From Candidatus Hermodarchaeota archaeon (GTDB lineage: Archaea > Asgardarchaeota > Thorarchaeia > Thorarchaeales > Thorarchaeaceae), in contig JBHLLF010000023.1 of NCBI GenBank assembly GCA_048885865.1, forward strand, positions 1 to 44,544: DNA of 44,544 nucleotides, in the 5' to 3' direction. Position 1 is the first letter of the stretch, and each line of letters begins with the position of its first letter. The notes below the pieces were generated by a model, which searched no databases, was not told the origin of the DNA, and saw only the letters and a list, made by a program, of their open reading frames with translations. This document shows positions 1 to 8,649 of this stretch, one piece after another. The translations under genes were made by a program, and so were the position numbers.

Positions 1-438
1 ACTGTGTTCGAGTTCATGGAGGACAATATTGACACAACTCTCATCACGGATGGAATGATTGGTACTGTGTTCAGAGAGGGTCGTGTTGACTGCTGTGTAG
101 TTGGTGCTGACCGGATTGTTAGAACGGGTCATGTGATCAACAAGATCGGTACTTACACCATGGCAATCACAGCGAAATATCATAACATCCCATTCTATTC
201 TGTGGTGCCAATGTCGACAATTGACTGGGAAACCAATGTTGAGGATGTTGTGATAGAAGAACGTGATCCAGATGAGATCAGAATTATCAACGGGCAGTAT
301 GTCACAGTTCCGGATGCAAAGGTCTACAACCCTGCATTCGATGTGACTCCACCAGAGCTAGTCACGGCAATAATCACAGACAAGGGTGTCGTTCACAATC
401 CAACAGAGGAAAAGATGCTGAAATTGAGAGATTTGTAG
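1..438 (+). CDS. mtnA: Methylthioribose-1-phosphate isomerase / eIF2B-family protein, 5'-truncated by window edge
   Basis: VVGADRI, NKIGTY, IEERDPDEI and NPAFDVTPPELVTAIITDKG motifs; frame open to the window start. Confidence 0.85.
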   Translation, partial: TVFEFMEDNIDTTLITDGMIGTVFREGRVDCCVVGADRIVRTGHVINKIGTYTMAITAKYHNIPFYSVVPMSTIDWETNVEDVVIEERDPDEIRIINGQYVTVPDAKVYNPAFDVTPPELVTAIITDKGVVHNPTEEKMLKLRDL

Positions 439-466
439 CAGCAGGCATGAGGAAGATTTTGTAGAT

Positions 467-1342
467 ATGATTCACTTGGACTATACATCATCCGAGAATC
501 GACTAGCCCATTTCAAGATAGATCCAGCTGAAGAAGTACTGGATTTTCGAGAAAATGGCATAAAATTGGTCGATTTAGCACCTTTGAACACGTGTTCTAA
601 GCTTGAAAAGCTCATTTTTGCACGAAATCAGATAGAATATCTAGATTTGGGTCCTCTAGCTGAAATTCCATCATTGAGGTGGCTTGATCTCAGTCACAAT
701 CAATTGAGGCAGGTGGATCTCTCCCAGCTGGGCAAATGTTCGAACCTGGAATGGCTATCTCTTTCATATAATCCTCTTGTCCAAATCGACCTTAATTTCC
801 TTGAGCAGTGCTCATCGCTACAAACTCTTAGACTGACCAATACTCTACTCCGAAGTATTGATCTGAAACCACTGAGCAAATGCTCTAGTCTTGAACAATT
901 ATCAGTGGCATTCAATGAACTAGCCATGATTGACTTGACACCCATCGCCAACTGCACCCAACTACAAACCCTCTCATTAAACAGAAATCGGTTTGCCACC
1001 ATAGACCTAAATCCCCTCTCATCATGCGTGAAATTGAAGACACTCAATCTCAGTGACAACCAACTCGAAGAAGTGGAACTCAATCCTTTAGGCGTATGTT
1101 TCAATCTATTCTCATTGATTCTGGGCAAAAATCAGCTGAGAAATGTCGATTTAACACCTATTGGGTCACTTCGGAATCTGCGGGGTCTTGATTTGAGTGA
1201 GAATCAATTGAAGAGGGTAGATTTCAGACCGCTCAAGTATTGTAATGATATCGAGATCAAGCTATATGGAAATCCTCTCCAAAAAACCATTCATCCTAAC
1301 CCGCCCTGTGCTAATCTGGTTCTTGATTTACCGCCGAAATGA
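467..1342 (+). CDS. Leucine-rich repeat protein
   Basis: About 11 tandem 22-aa repeats LxxLxLxxNxLxxIDLxPLxxC. Confidence 0.92.
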   Translation: MIHLDYTSSENRLAHFKIDPAEEVLDFRENGIKLVDLAPLNTCSKLEKLIFARNQIEYLDLGPLAEIPSLRWLDLSHNQLRQVDLSQLGKCSNLEWLSLSYNPLVQIDLNFLEQCSSLQTLRLTNTLLRSIDLKPLSKCSSLEQLSVAFNELAMIDLTPIANCTQLQTLSLNRNRFATIDLNPLSSCVKLKTLNLSDNQLEEVELNPLGVCFNLFSLILGKNQLRNVDLTPIGSLRNLRGLDLSENQLKRVDFRPLKYCNDIEIKLYGNPLQKTIHPNPPCANLVLDLPPK

Positions 1343-1395
1343 GAGATTGCAGGAACTTTATCTGTTGAATAGAAACTAAGGCTTCGGAGATTCTG

Positions 1396-1929
1396 ATGGC
1401 AAACTATGTCTACATAGCCACGAGTTTGGATGGTTTCATTGCAACGAGTGACGGAGGGCTCGATTGGCTTGACGAGCTTCCTAATCCAGAAGATAGCGAC
1501 TTCGGGTATGCCGATTTCATGAATGGTATGGATGCAATAGTAATGGGGCGAAAAACCTTCGAAAAAGTCCTGACATTTGATTCCTGGCCGTATGATAAAC
1601 CTGTCTACGTGCTGAGTAGAAGCAATGTCAAAGTCCCAAAGGATTTGGATGACAAGGCCAAAACCATTACAGGGAACCCGAAGGAGTTGGTTAATCAGCT
1701 GAAAGAGTTGGGACACCAGAATCTGTATATTGATGGGGGCATTACGATTCAGGGCTTTCTTGAAGAGGATCTAATAGATGAGATGATAGTAACAAGAGTT
1801 CCCGTTCTTCTTGGAAACGGCATTCTTCTCTTCGGAAAGCTCAGCAAGAGGCTATATTTCAGTCATGAGAGGACTGAATTCCTTACTGAGATGCTGACAA
1901 AGAGCTGCTACAAGCGGATCAGAGAATGA
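1396..1929 (+). CDS. Dihydrofolate reductase-like / RibD C-terminal domain protein
   Basis: YIATSLDGFIA, MGRKTFE, LYIDGG, LIDEMIVTRVPVLLGNG motifs. Confidence 0.9.
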   Translation: MANYVYIATSLDGFIATSDGGLDWLDELPNPEDSDFGYADFMNGMDAIVMGRKTFEKVLTFDSWPYDKPVYVLSRSNVKVPKDLDDKAKTITGNPKELVNQLKELGHQNLYIDGGITIQGFLEEDLIDEMIVTRVPVLLGNGILLFGKLSKRLYFSHERTEFLTEMLTKSCYKRIRE

Positions 1930-2052
1930 GCTGCGCCAATAAATGGCTAGTTTTGACTAATCTAGTACTGGTTTCAAGCAGCATTGCGGATATCTGAGTT
2001 AAGGTTCTGCAATACAGAAGTGCTTAAGAGGAAAATGGAATCGATGGAACTC

Positions 2053-2130
2053 GGGCGCGTAGTCTAGTCTGGATAGGGCGCTTGCCTTCGGAGCAAGATG
2101 TCCCAGGTTCGAATCCTGGCGCGCCCGCCA
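2053..2130 (+). tRNA. tRNA-Arg(TCG), CCA encoded
   Basis: Acceptor gggcgcg/cgcgccc, anticodon arm cttgc-cttcgga-gcaag, T arm ccagg-ttcgaat-cctgg, G73+CCA. Confidence 0.96.
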
Positions 2131-2240
2131 CTGTTTCATGAAGAACGGGCTTCTTGCTTGGTTAAATGAAGCTACTGCTGACACCGAAGTTGTTAATAAT
2201 CAATTTAACTATAGTTAATATGAGCAATGGAGATGATAAA

Positions 2241-2690
2241 ATGAAAAAGAAGAACTTTGCTCTGATGCTAGGTACAATAGCCCTAGTTCTAGCATTAGCG
2301 GTGCCTATGGTAGCAGCGGCACCTGCAGTCCATGCGGAAGAGGCCATATGGGCTGATGGTACAATCTGGAACACAATAGATACAGGAGCTCACTTCAAAG
2401 CCCCGAAGAATCCCAACTCACTTGATAAGATCTACGTGTTCATGAACCTTGGAGGGCAAAGACCCGTAGCCGAAGCAGCTCCTTATGAAAGAAACTACAA
2501 TGGTGGCCGTTGGTGGGTACAAGCTGTGGTATTCACTGCAGCAGGTTTAGCAGTTCATGATCCCGATAATGACGGTGTTGCAAACTTTGAGCTGACCAGT
2601 GATGATGCTGTGCTTCATCATATGGCGTTAGGACATCTGACAATCGCACCCACTGATGTATACTTTGTATGTCCCCTTATCCGCGCCTAA
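2241..2690 (+). CDS. Secreted/surface hypothetical protein (start refined to ATG 2241)
   Basis: MKKKNF + hydrophobic stretch + AxA signal peptide. Confidence 0.8.
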   Translation: MKKKNFALMLGTIALVLALAVPMVAAAPAVHAEEAIWADGTIWNTIDTGAHFKAPKNPNSLDKIYVFMNLGGQRPVAEAAPYERNYNGGRWWVQAVVFTAAGLAVHDPDNDGVANFELTSDDAVLHHMALGHLTIAPTDVYFVCPLIRA

Positions 2691-2735
2691 GGGTTTGAGG
2701 AGAAACTCCATCCAAACCCTCCCCTCTTTTTTTTT
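2690..2735 (+). terminator. Hairpin plus T-tract terminator
   Basis: agggtttg...caaaccct inverted repeat followed by a run of T at 2727-2735. Confidence 0.6.
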
Positions 2736-2756
2736 GGAGTGCGTCTAATTACACTA

Positions 2757-2782
2757 AGGTTCGAATCCTGCCGCGTCCGTCA
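2757..2782 (+). repeat. Degenerate copy of tRNA-Arg 3' end (att-like)
   Basis: aggttcgaatcctgccgcgtccgtca vs 2105-2130 aggttcgaatcctggcgcgcccgcca, 23/26 identical. Confidence 0.8.
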
Positions 2783-2793
2783 TTCGTAATTGC

Positions 2794-3012
2794 CTAGTTC
2801 TTGCCCATTTTCTTATTCCAAACTTCCAAGAAATATTCGAGTGATCTATCATAGGTCCGTTCTGCTTCAGGCGGGAAGAGGCAACCTGGAAGCTCCTTAT
2901 GTTTCCAGTGATAGTCCAAACAATCACAGCAGTATCCCTGTCTAGAGCAACCTGGATAGCTGCATCCACAACGTTCCTTGTTCCTCTCTACATTACAAAT
3001 TCGGCCCGACAT
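2794..3012 (-). CDS. Small Cys-rich protein (DUF6485-like), start refined to ATG 3012
   Basis: CxCSYxxCSRxGxCCDCLxYH...ELPGCLFPxEAERTYDRS pattern. Confidence 0.75.
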   Translation of the reverse strand: MSGRICNVERNKERCGCSYPGCSRQGYCCDCLDYHWKHKELPGCLFPPEAERTYDRSLEYFLEVWNKKMGKN

Positions 3013-3044
3013 TGCAATCTCAATTGGCCACAAGAATGCTGGAG

Positions 3045-5273
3045 TTAAAATCTGTTTGGTGAGGACATGTCTTTAGAATCAAATACAGCTCTAATAGAGT
3101 CCAAGGCTTCTCGTACCTCTACTCTTCTCTTTCCGTCCATCACATTTGGATAGTGTTTTGAGTAGTGTTCCAAGCATTTGCCAAGCGCCATCACATATGT
3201 GTCGAGCTCAGTTGGCTTCTCTCCGTTCTCAATAAGATGTTCGACCGTCTTCTTGGAGGACCTACTAATCCGTTTCTTGATTTCATTCCACGGCTTTGTT
3301 GGAGCAGTTTTCGAGCGTTTTCTACATACAATAACCATGTCATAGACTATATTTTCCATATCATGAAGATGCGTCGATGCCCTCATCTCACTCCTGACTG
3401 GATAGATTGATGTTACATAGAAGCCCGAGTCTAATATAGCCTGCAAAACAGCAGCCCAGGCTTCTTCCTTCTTGTGATGGAAAGTGAAAACTAGAACTCC
3501 ATCTCTCTTCAAGATTCGATTTGATTCAGAGAACACCTTCGTGAGACCGGCGAGGAACTCCATTTCACCCTTTTCTTGCACTCTATTCTCAATGATTTCG
3601 TTTTTCCAAGGTGCAAATTCATTGTCGAATTGAGCATATCTATTCTGGAGAGCAATTCTGAGCCAAACATAGAAGAAGTTCGAGAGCTCGGAGTACATGA
3701 CATTGCCATAGTAGGGTGGATCTGTCACCACAGCATCCGCAATTTGACTTGGCACCTCGATTGATTCAGATGAACCACAAAGGAGGTGCACCTTCTTCTT
3801 CTCATCTAGGTCGCTATAGCTTTCTGCAATCTCGGTAGCTATTGGAAGACCTGATTGGACTTTCACCATAGAGCCGCTCTTGATTATCCGCTCGAATGGC
3901 TGCCTACAATACTCCTTCCCTTCAATCACAAGGTTGACAAAAGCTGTGAACGCGCCCCTCCCTCTTGGAGTGTCATAGCAATTGGCCTCAACTGGCGCCA
4001 TTGAAGGGGAATAGGAGTGTGTACGGAATATATCCGTGATGAATCCACGTGTAGCATTATACTTTGCAAACATGTTGTTGTACTTCAAAGAGTTCGAAAA
4101 TGCCAGAACTAGGAACTCCTTGAGATCCCAGTCTTCAAGATTCAGAATCCACTTGTAGATCTTTCCAAGATTCAACAATTGTCTCTCATTGAACAGGTCT
4201 CCGAACTTTCTGTAGCCATGGTTTAGTGCTCGTCTGGTTTCAACACCTACTGGGATGAGAGAGTCCGGGATTGGGAGTTGGCTCCCGACTTCTGCATATT
4301 CATCCTTGGCTCGCTTCAGAAGTGCCAGATCCGAATCATCTGCTCTCTTATAGCCCCGGCCATTCTTCAAGTTTGGATTTCTACTCACCTCACAGACCTT
4401 ACAGTGGAACTCGATGGCATACATCTCTTCTTCAGGTCGACCGTTAGTCTGAATCCAGTCAACAATGGTCCCAGGACGACAGTGGTTACCGCAGTAGTAC
4501 TTTCTGCCATCTGTGAAGAATGTTGATTTCGGATTAAACCTCCTTTTGCATTCTGGACATATAACACTTTGAGCGGCAAAATTCGTATCAAAAACCGCGT
4601 AACATTGGGGACAAATTACCACATTTCCATCATTTTTGAGGGATTTTGCTAGGATATAGTCCTTCATGAGAGGAATCTCTTTTGCGCAATCGGAACAGGT
4701 GACCGTTTTATGATAGAAATAGTAGATTCCCTCAGCTTCGGTCCCACATTCAGGGCATTTTGTGCGATAATATTGTCTCAGTTCCGTTCCCATCTCATTC
4801 TCCAGGTTGAATACAGTACGTCGGAGTTTCTCAGGATCAATGTCCTCGATTTCTTTCTTTACAATGAACCATGATACAGGATTGAGGTCTCCAGCTATGA
4901 CCTTGCAGCCAAATCTCAGTGCCTCCACAACAGTTGTTCCACCCCCCATCATTGGGTCAAGAACAAGCTTGCCTGACAGTTCAACTTCTTTGGAGTATAA
5001 GTCCCAAAGAGAGTCTGAACGACTATCACTCAAAGTGTACAATAGAATTGAACGAAAGATTGACCCAAGTCTACGTGCCCACCATTTATGCATGACATAT
5101 ACAGGTCGATAGTGCCGCCTGCCAAATCCAGTGGATTCCTTCTCCGCTATCCTGTTAATCTCCGATATCGGGAACTTGATTTCTATTGGCCGCTTTGGCA
5201 GGTTGGGTCCTCCTAATATCAGTGGGAAAATTGCTGTACACGGACCCCTTTCAACATTCCGAGAAGTCCACAA
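3045..5273 (-). CDS. DUF1156-type adenine-specific DNA methyltransferase with Zn-ribbon insertions; true start may be near 5201
   Basis: MHKWWARR, motif I DPMMGGGTT, motif IV TDPPYY, several CxxC pairs. Confidence 0.88.
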   Translation of the reverse strand: MWTSRNVERGPCTAIFPLILGGPNLPKRPIEIKFPISEINRIAEKESTGFGRRHYRPVYVMHKWWARRLGSIFRSILLYTLSDSRSDSLWDLYSKEVELSGKLVLDPMMGGGTTVVEALRFGCKVIAGDLNPVSWFIVKKEIEDIDPEKLRRTVFNLENEMGTELRQYYRTKCPECGTEAEGIYYFYHKTVTCSDCAKEIPLMKDYILAKSLKNDGNVVICPQCYAVFDTNFAAQSVICPECKRRFNPKSTFFTDGRKYYCGNHCRPGTIVDWIQTNGRPEEEMYAIEFHCKVCEVSRNPNLKNGRGYKRADDSDLALLKRAKDEYAEVGSQLPIPDSLIPVGVETRRALNHGYRKFGDLFNERQLLNLGKIYKWILNLEDWDLKEFLVLAFSNSLKYNNMFAKYNATRGFITDIFRTHSYSPSMAPVEANCYDTPRGRGAFTAFVNLVIEGKEYCRQPFERIIKSGSMVKVQSGLPIATEIAESYSDLDEKKKVHLLCGSSESIEVPSQIADAVVTDPPYYGNVMYSELSNFFYVWLRIALQNRYAQFDNEFAPWKNEIIENRVQEKGEMEFLAGLTKVFSESNRILKRDGVLVFTFHHKKEEAWAAVLQAILDSGFYVTSIYPVRSEMRASTHLHDMENIVYDMVIVCRKRSKTAPTKPWNEIKKRISRSSKKTVEHLIENGEKPTELDTYVMALGKCLEHYSKHYPNVMDGKRRVEVREALDSIRAVFDSKDMSSPNRF

Positions 5274-5331
5274 TTTTTCGAAGGCTGCTGAGTAATCCTT
5301 TTATTGAAACCAGAGAAGCAATCGAAGCGCA

Positions 5332-5408
5332 CGGGACGTAGCTCAATCTGGCAGAGCAATGGACTGTAGATCCATCGGTTGCCGGTTCAAATCCGGCCGT
5401 CCCGACCA
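5332..5408 (+). tRNA. tRNA-Tyr(GTA), CCA encoded, no intron
   Basis: Acceptor cgggacg/cgtcccg (archaeal C1:G72), A73, anticodon arm atgga-ctgtaga-tccat. Confidence 0.97.
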
Positions 5409-5516
5409 TTTTCCATTCTCTATATGAATTCTGCATCGACAATTGCCGATTTTCGCAAATCTAATAAAAACATCCGCCAAATAGATGTGGAAGAGTATCA
5501 TAAATCAGCAGCGATG

Positions 5517-5613
5517 AGCGAATATTCCTTGGGTCTTCTAGAACAGATTGGTCCGGCTTTGGGTGTACTTGTTCACCGGGGCCACTGATGAAGTCCAAGA
5601 TTGCGAGTTTGCT
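5517..5613 (+). promoter_or_regulatory. Candidate structured 5' leader of the opine-DH operon
   Basis: Nested pairings agcgaat/gtttgct, cttggg(t)cttc/gaagtccaag, cag/ctg, tggtccgg/ccggggcca; ends 8 nt before the ATG. Confidence 0.45.
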
Positions 5614-5621
5614 AATGAGGC

Positions 5622-6815
5622 ATGAACGTCATGCCATGGAGAGAATCCGAAAATCAAACCCTAGACCCTACGAGGGTTGCTGTCCTAGGCGCAGGACATG
5701 CTGGCAGAGGATTTGCCAGTTATCTCTCATTGCATGGATTAGATGTTTCTCTTTACAACCGTACAAAGGATCATGTTAAGGGGATCCTAAAGGCAAATGG
5801 AATCCATATGCAAGGTATTGTCGAAGCCTTTGCACCAATTCAGTTAGTCACTGATAACATGGCCTATGCGATTGATGGCAGAAAGCTTCTCATTGTCACT
5901 GTTCCAGCCCAGGCACATACATTCTTTGCTGAAACCATGGGTCCACACCTAGAGGAAGGTCAAACAGTGCTTCTAATGCCAGGTCGAACTGGTGGCGCAC
6001 TTGAGTTTACAAAAGTCTTGAGTGATAATTCGTACGGGGATGGCATTCTGTTGGGAGAAGCTCAGACGTTCAGTCTTGTGTCCAGAACCACTGGCCCGGA
6101 TTCTGTGCTAGTTTCTAAAGTCAAGAATTATGTTGAAGTAGGCGCATTTCCAGCGAGTCACAATCGTCAGCTTATGAATGCTCTCAATCAGCTTCCACTC
6201 ACATTTCAGATGGTTGACGATGTCATGAACACCAGCCTCAACAATATAGGCGCAATGCTGCACCCGACTCCTACCATTCTCTGTGCTGGTCTCCTAGAGT
6301 CAAAGAAAGGCGGATACAACCATTATCATGATGCAATCTCAAAGACTGTAGGAAAACTGGTGGAACGAATGGATGCCGAAAGAATCAAGGTGTCACAACA
6401 GTTTGCGTCCCAACCCATGTCCCTTCTGGAATGGCTAAGAAACACTTACGATGCTGAAGGGAGTACTTTGTGTGAATGTATTCGGAGCATTGACACCTAT
6501 GACGGAATTGGCAGTCCATCATCCTTAGACCACCGTTATGTAATGGAGGATGTGCCTACAGGTCTTGTACCTATTTCCCACTTCGGAAAACTAGCTGGAC
6601 TTGAAACTCCTGCTATAGACGCAGTAATCAACATGGCATGCCAGCTCTATGAGATTGATTTCTGGGAGAGTGGACGAAATCTTGAAACTCTGGGTTTAGA
6701 AGGACTGAGCCCTACTGAGGTTCGAGAATATGTCAGGACCGGGACCATACCTGTTTCATATCCTAGCTTTCCTGACCATTGGGACCTTCACGGGTTGGAG
6801 GTGGACGAGACATGA
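5622..6815 (+). CDS. NAD(P)-dependent opine (octopine/nopaline) dehydrogenase family protein
   Basis: VAVLGAGHAG Rossmann motif, PGRTGG, SLNNIGAMLHP, MDAERI, HRYVMEDVPTGLVP. Confidence 0.9.
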   Translation: MNVMPWRESENQTLDPTRVAVLGAGHAGRGFASYLSLHGLDVSLYNRTKDHVKGILKANGIHMQGIVEAFAPIQLVTDNMAYAIDGRKLLIVTVPAQAHTFFAETMGPHLEEGQTVLLMPGRTGGALEFTKVLSDNSYGDGILLGEAQTFSLVSRTTGPDSVLVSKVKNYVEVGAFPASHNRQLMNALNQLPLTFQMVDDVMNTSLNNIGAMLHPTPTILCAGLLESKKGGYNHYHDAISKTVGKLVERMDAERIKVSQQFASQPMSLLEWLRNTYDAEGSTLCECIRSIDTYDGIGSPSSLDHRYVMEDVPTGLVPISHFGKLAGLETPAIDAVINMACQLYEIDFWESGRNLETLGLEGLSPTEVREYVRTGTIPVSYPSFPDHWDLHGLEVDET

Positions 6816-8485
6816 GAATCTTGGGCGCTGCCATTGGAAGCTGTGTCCATGTAGCAGGTGTTCTTAGATTCTTATCATTTGCAGAAAAAGAAGGACATGA
6901 AACTATCTTCTTAGGACCCACAATCCAAATTGAGGATCTAATAGACCAGACCAAGAGATACGACCCTGATGTTATTGGGGTGAGCTATCGACTCACCGCA
7001 GATAGCGCTGTGGGCCTTCTTGAGAACTTGAAAAAGGCTGTAATAGAAAGTGGTCTGGAAAGGAAGAGATGGATTCTAGGTTGCACAGCACCTGTCAAGT
7101 CCATTGCAGAACGAACTGGACTGTTTGAAGCAATATTCACTGGCTTTTCTACTGATGAAGATTCACTAGCCTTTCTCAGAGGCCACTCGCACATGGAAAC
7201 AGACGAGAAGCACCCTCAAGACTTGATGACACGAATCGCCATGAAGAGCCCAATACCCCTTATCCGGCACCATTTCGGTCTACCATCACTAGAAGAAACA
7301 GTTGATGGGGTGGCAAGGATAGCAGAGGCTTCAGTTCTGGATGTGATCTCAATTGGACCAGATCAGAATGCCCAAGAGTCCTTCTTCCGTCCAGATGAGA
7401 TGAAGGGAATCCTAGAAGGTGATGGAGGTGTCCCACTTAGGGAAGTCGAAGACCTACAGAAACTCTTCCAGGCTTCTCGAAAAGGCAATTTCCCGCTCTT
7501 GAGATGCTACAGTGGCACTCGTGATCTGCTATCCTGGGCAAAGATGCTGAAGGACACCATAAGCAATGCTTGGTGTGCCACACCTCTGATGTGGTATAGC
7601 GAACTAGATGGAAGAAGCAAAAGACACCTTGAACAAGCAATTCGAGAGAACCAAGGGAATCATAGATGGCACGCAAAACATGATATCCCTCTCGAAATCA
7701 ACGAGTCCCACCACTGGAGCTTGAGAAATGCCCATGATACAATTGCAGTTGCGATGGCATTTCTGTCAGCCTATAATGCTAAATCAGTCGGCATTAGACA
7801 CTATGTTTCACAGTACATGTTAAACACTCCGCTTGGAACTTCTCCGAAGATGGACCTTGCCAAGATGCTTGCGAAGATAGAGCTGATTGAGTCATTACAT
7901 GATCACAGTTTTCTTTCACTAAGGCAAGTCAGACCAGGCCTCTTTTCATATCCCCCAGACCTAGACTCAGGCAAGGGCCAACTTGCATCTTCAATCTATA
8001 CAGGAATGATGTTGAAACCCCATATAGTGCATGTAGTCGGATTCTGTGAGGCAGACCACGTTGCGACTGCAGAAGAGATCGTTGAGAGCTGCAAGATTGC
8101 ACGACGGGTCATTCATGACTGTCTTCTTGGGACCATGAGTCCATTAGATGACAAAGAAGTCCTAAGAAGAAAGAACGAACTCGTAGAGGAAGCCAAAGTG
8201 CTTATCGCCGCTATCAATTCACTTGGTGATACATCCTCATCCCACCCTCTAGTTGAACCCTTAACATACGTGCGGGCAGTCGAGATAGGTGTATTGGATG
8301 CCCCACACCTGAGAAACAATCCCATTGCAAAGGGACAGCTCAGAACCAAAATGATTCATGGTGCATGTTTTGCCATAGACTCTAATTCAGGGGTTCCAAT
8401 TGATGAGAATACTAGACTAAGACAACTTGGCCTTGAAATAGAACTTAAGCGTGCATTAAGCCTACCTTATTTCAGCAAATTATGA
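6812..8485 (+). CDS. Cobalamin-binding domain protein with large uncharacterised C-terminal catalytic domain (start refined to 6812)
   Basis: GSCVHVAGV (DxHxxG-like), FLGP, VIGVSYRL B12-binding motifs; ATGA overlap with upstream stop; ggaggtgg SD. Confidence 0.85.
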   Translation: MRILGAAIGSCVHVAGVLRFLSFAEKEGHETIFLGPTIQIEDLIDQTKRYDPDVIGVSYRLTADSAVGLLENLKKAVIESGLERKRWILGCTAPVKSIAERTGLFEAIFTGFSTDEDSLAFLRGHSHMETDEKHPQDLMTRIAMKSPIPLIRHHFGLPSLEETVDGVARIAEASVLDVISIGPDQNAQESFFRPDEMKGILEGDGGVPLREVEDLQKLFQASRKGNFPLLRCYSGTRDLLSWAKMLKDTISNAWCATPLMWYSELDGRSKRHLEQAIRENQGNHRWHAKHDIPLEINESHHWSLRNAHDTIAVAMAFLSAYNAKSVGIRHYVSQYMLNTPLGTSPKMDLAKMLAKIELIESLHDHSFLSLRQVRPGLFSYPPDLDSGKGQLASSIYTGMMLKPHIVHVVGFCEADHVATAEEIVESCKIARRVIHDCLLGTMSPLDDKEVLRRKNELVEEAKVLIAAINSLGDTSSSHPLVEPLTYVRAVEIGVLDAPHLRNNPIAKGQLRTKMIHGACFAIDSNSGVPIDENTRLRQLGLEIELKRALSLPYFSKL

Positions 8486-8523
8486 TACTCATATTTGCAT
8501 CATATGAAGACAAGTAGCTTCTC

Positions 8524-8572
8524 TGGACTGTAGATCCATCGGTTGCCGGTTTAAATCCGGCTGGCCCGACCA
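8524..8572 (+). repeat. tRNA-Tyr 3' half direct repeat (att-like)
   Basis: 46/49 identical to 5360-5408, from the anticodon stem through CCA. Confidence 0.93.
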
Positions 8573-8649
8573 TCTCTCGTTTCTAAATCTCTTTTACAAA
8601 CCTCATTTGTTATAAGGAGGTATACTATCGTTAATATCGAGAGAGCAGA

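Larger units (their letters stand above)
5409..8572. mobile_element. tRNA-Tyr island 1 (no integrase seen)
   Basis: Bounded by tRNA-Tyr 3' half (5360-5408) and its direct repeat (8524-8572). Confidence 0.7.

Noticed and set aside
1999-5588. Short ORFs overlapping tRNA genes or their repeat (1999-2184, 2754-2969, 5251-5442, 5379-5588)
   Set aside because: Translations of tRNA sequence (for example AGFEP), not proteins
5581-5600. gccactg upstream of a B12 gene (cobalamin riboswitch?) and ctgatga (hammerhead core?)
   Set aside because: No GGGAA or B12-box elements, and no GAAA after the putative stem II; kept only as a generic structured leader
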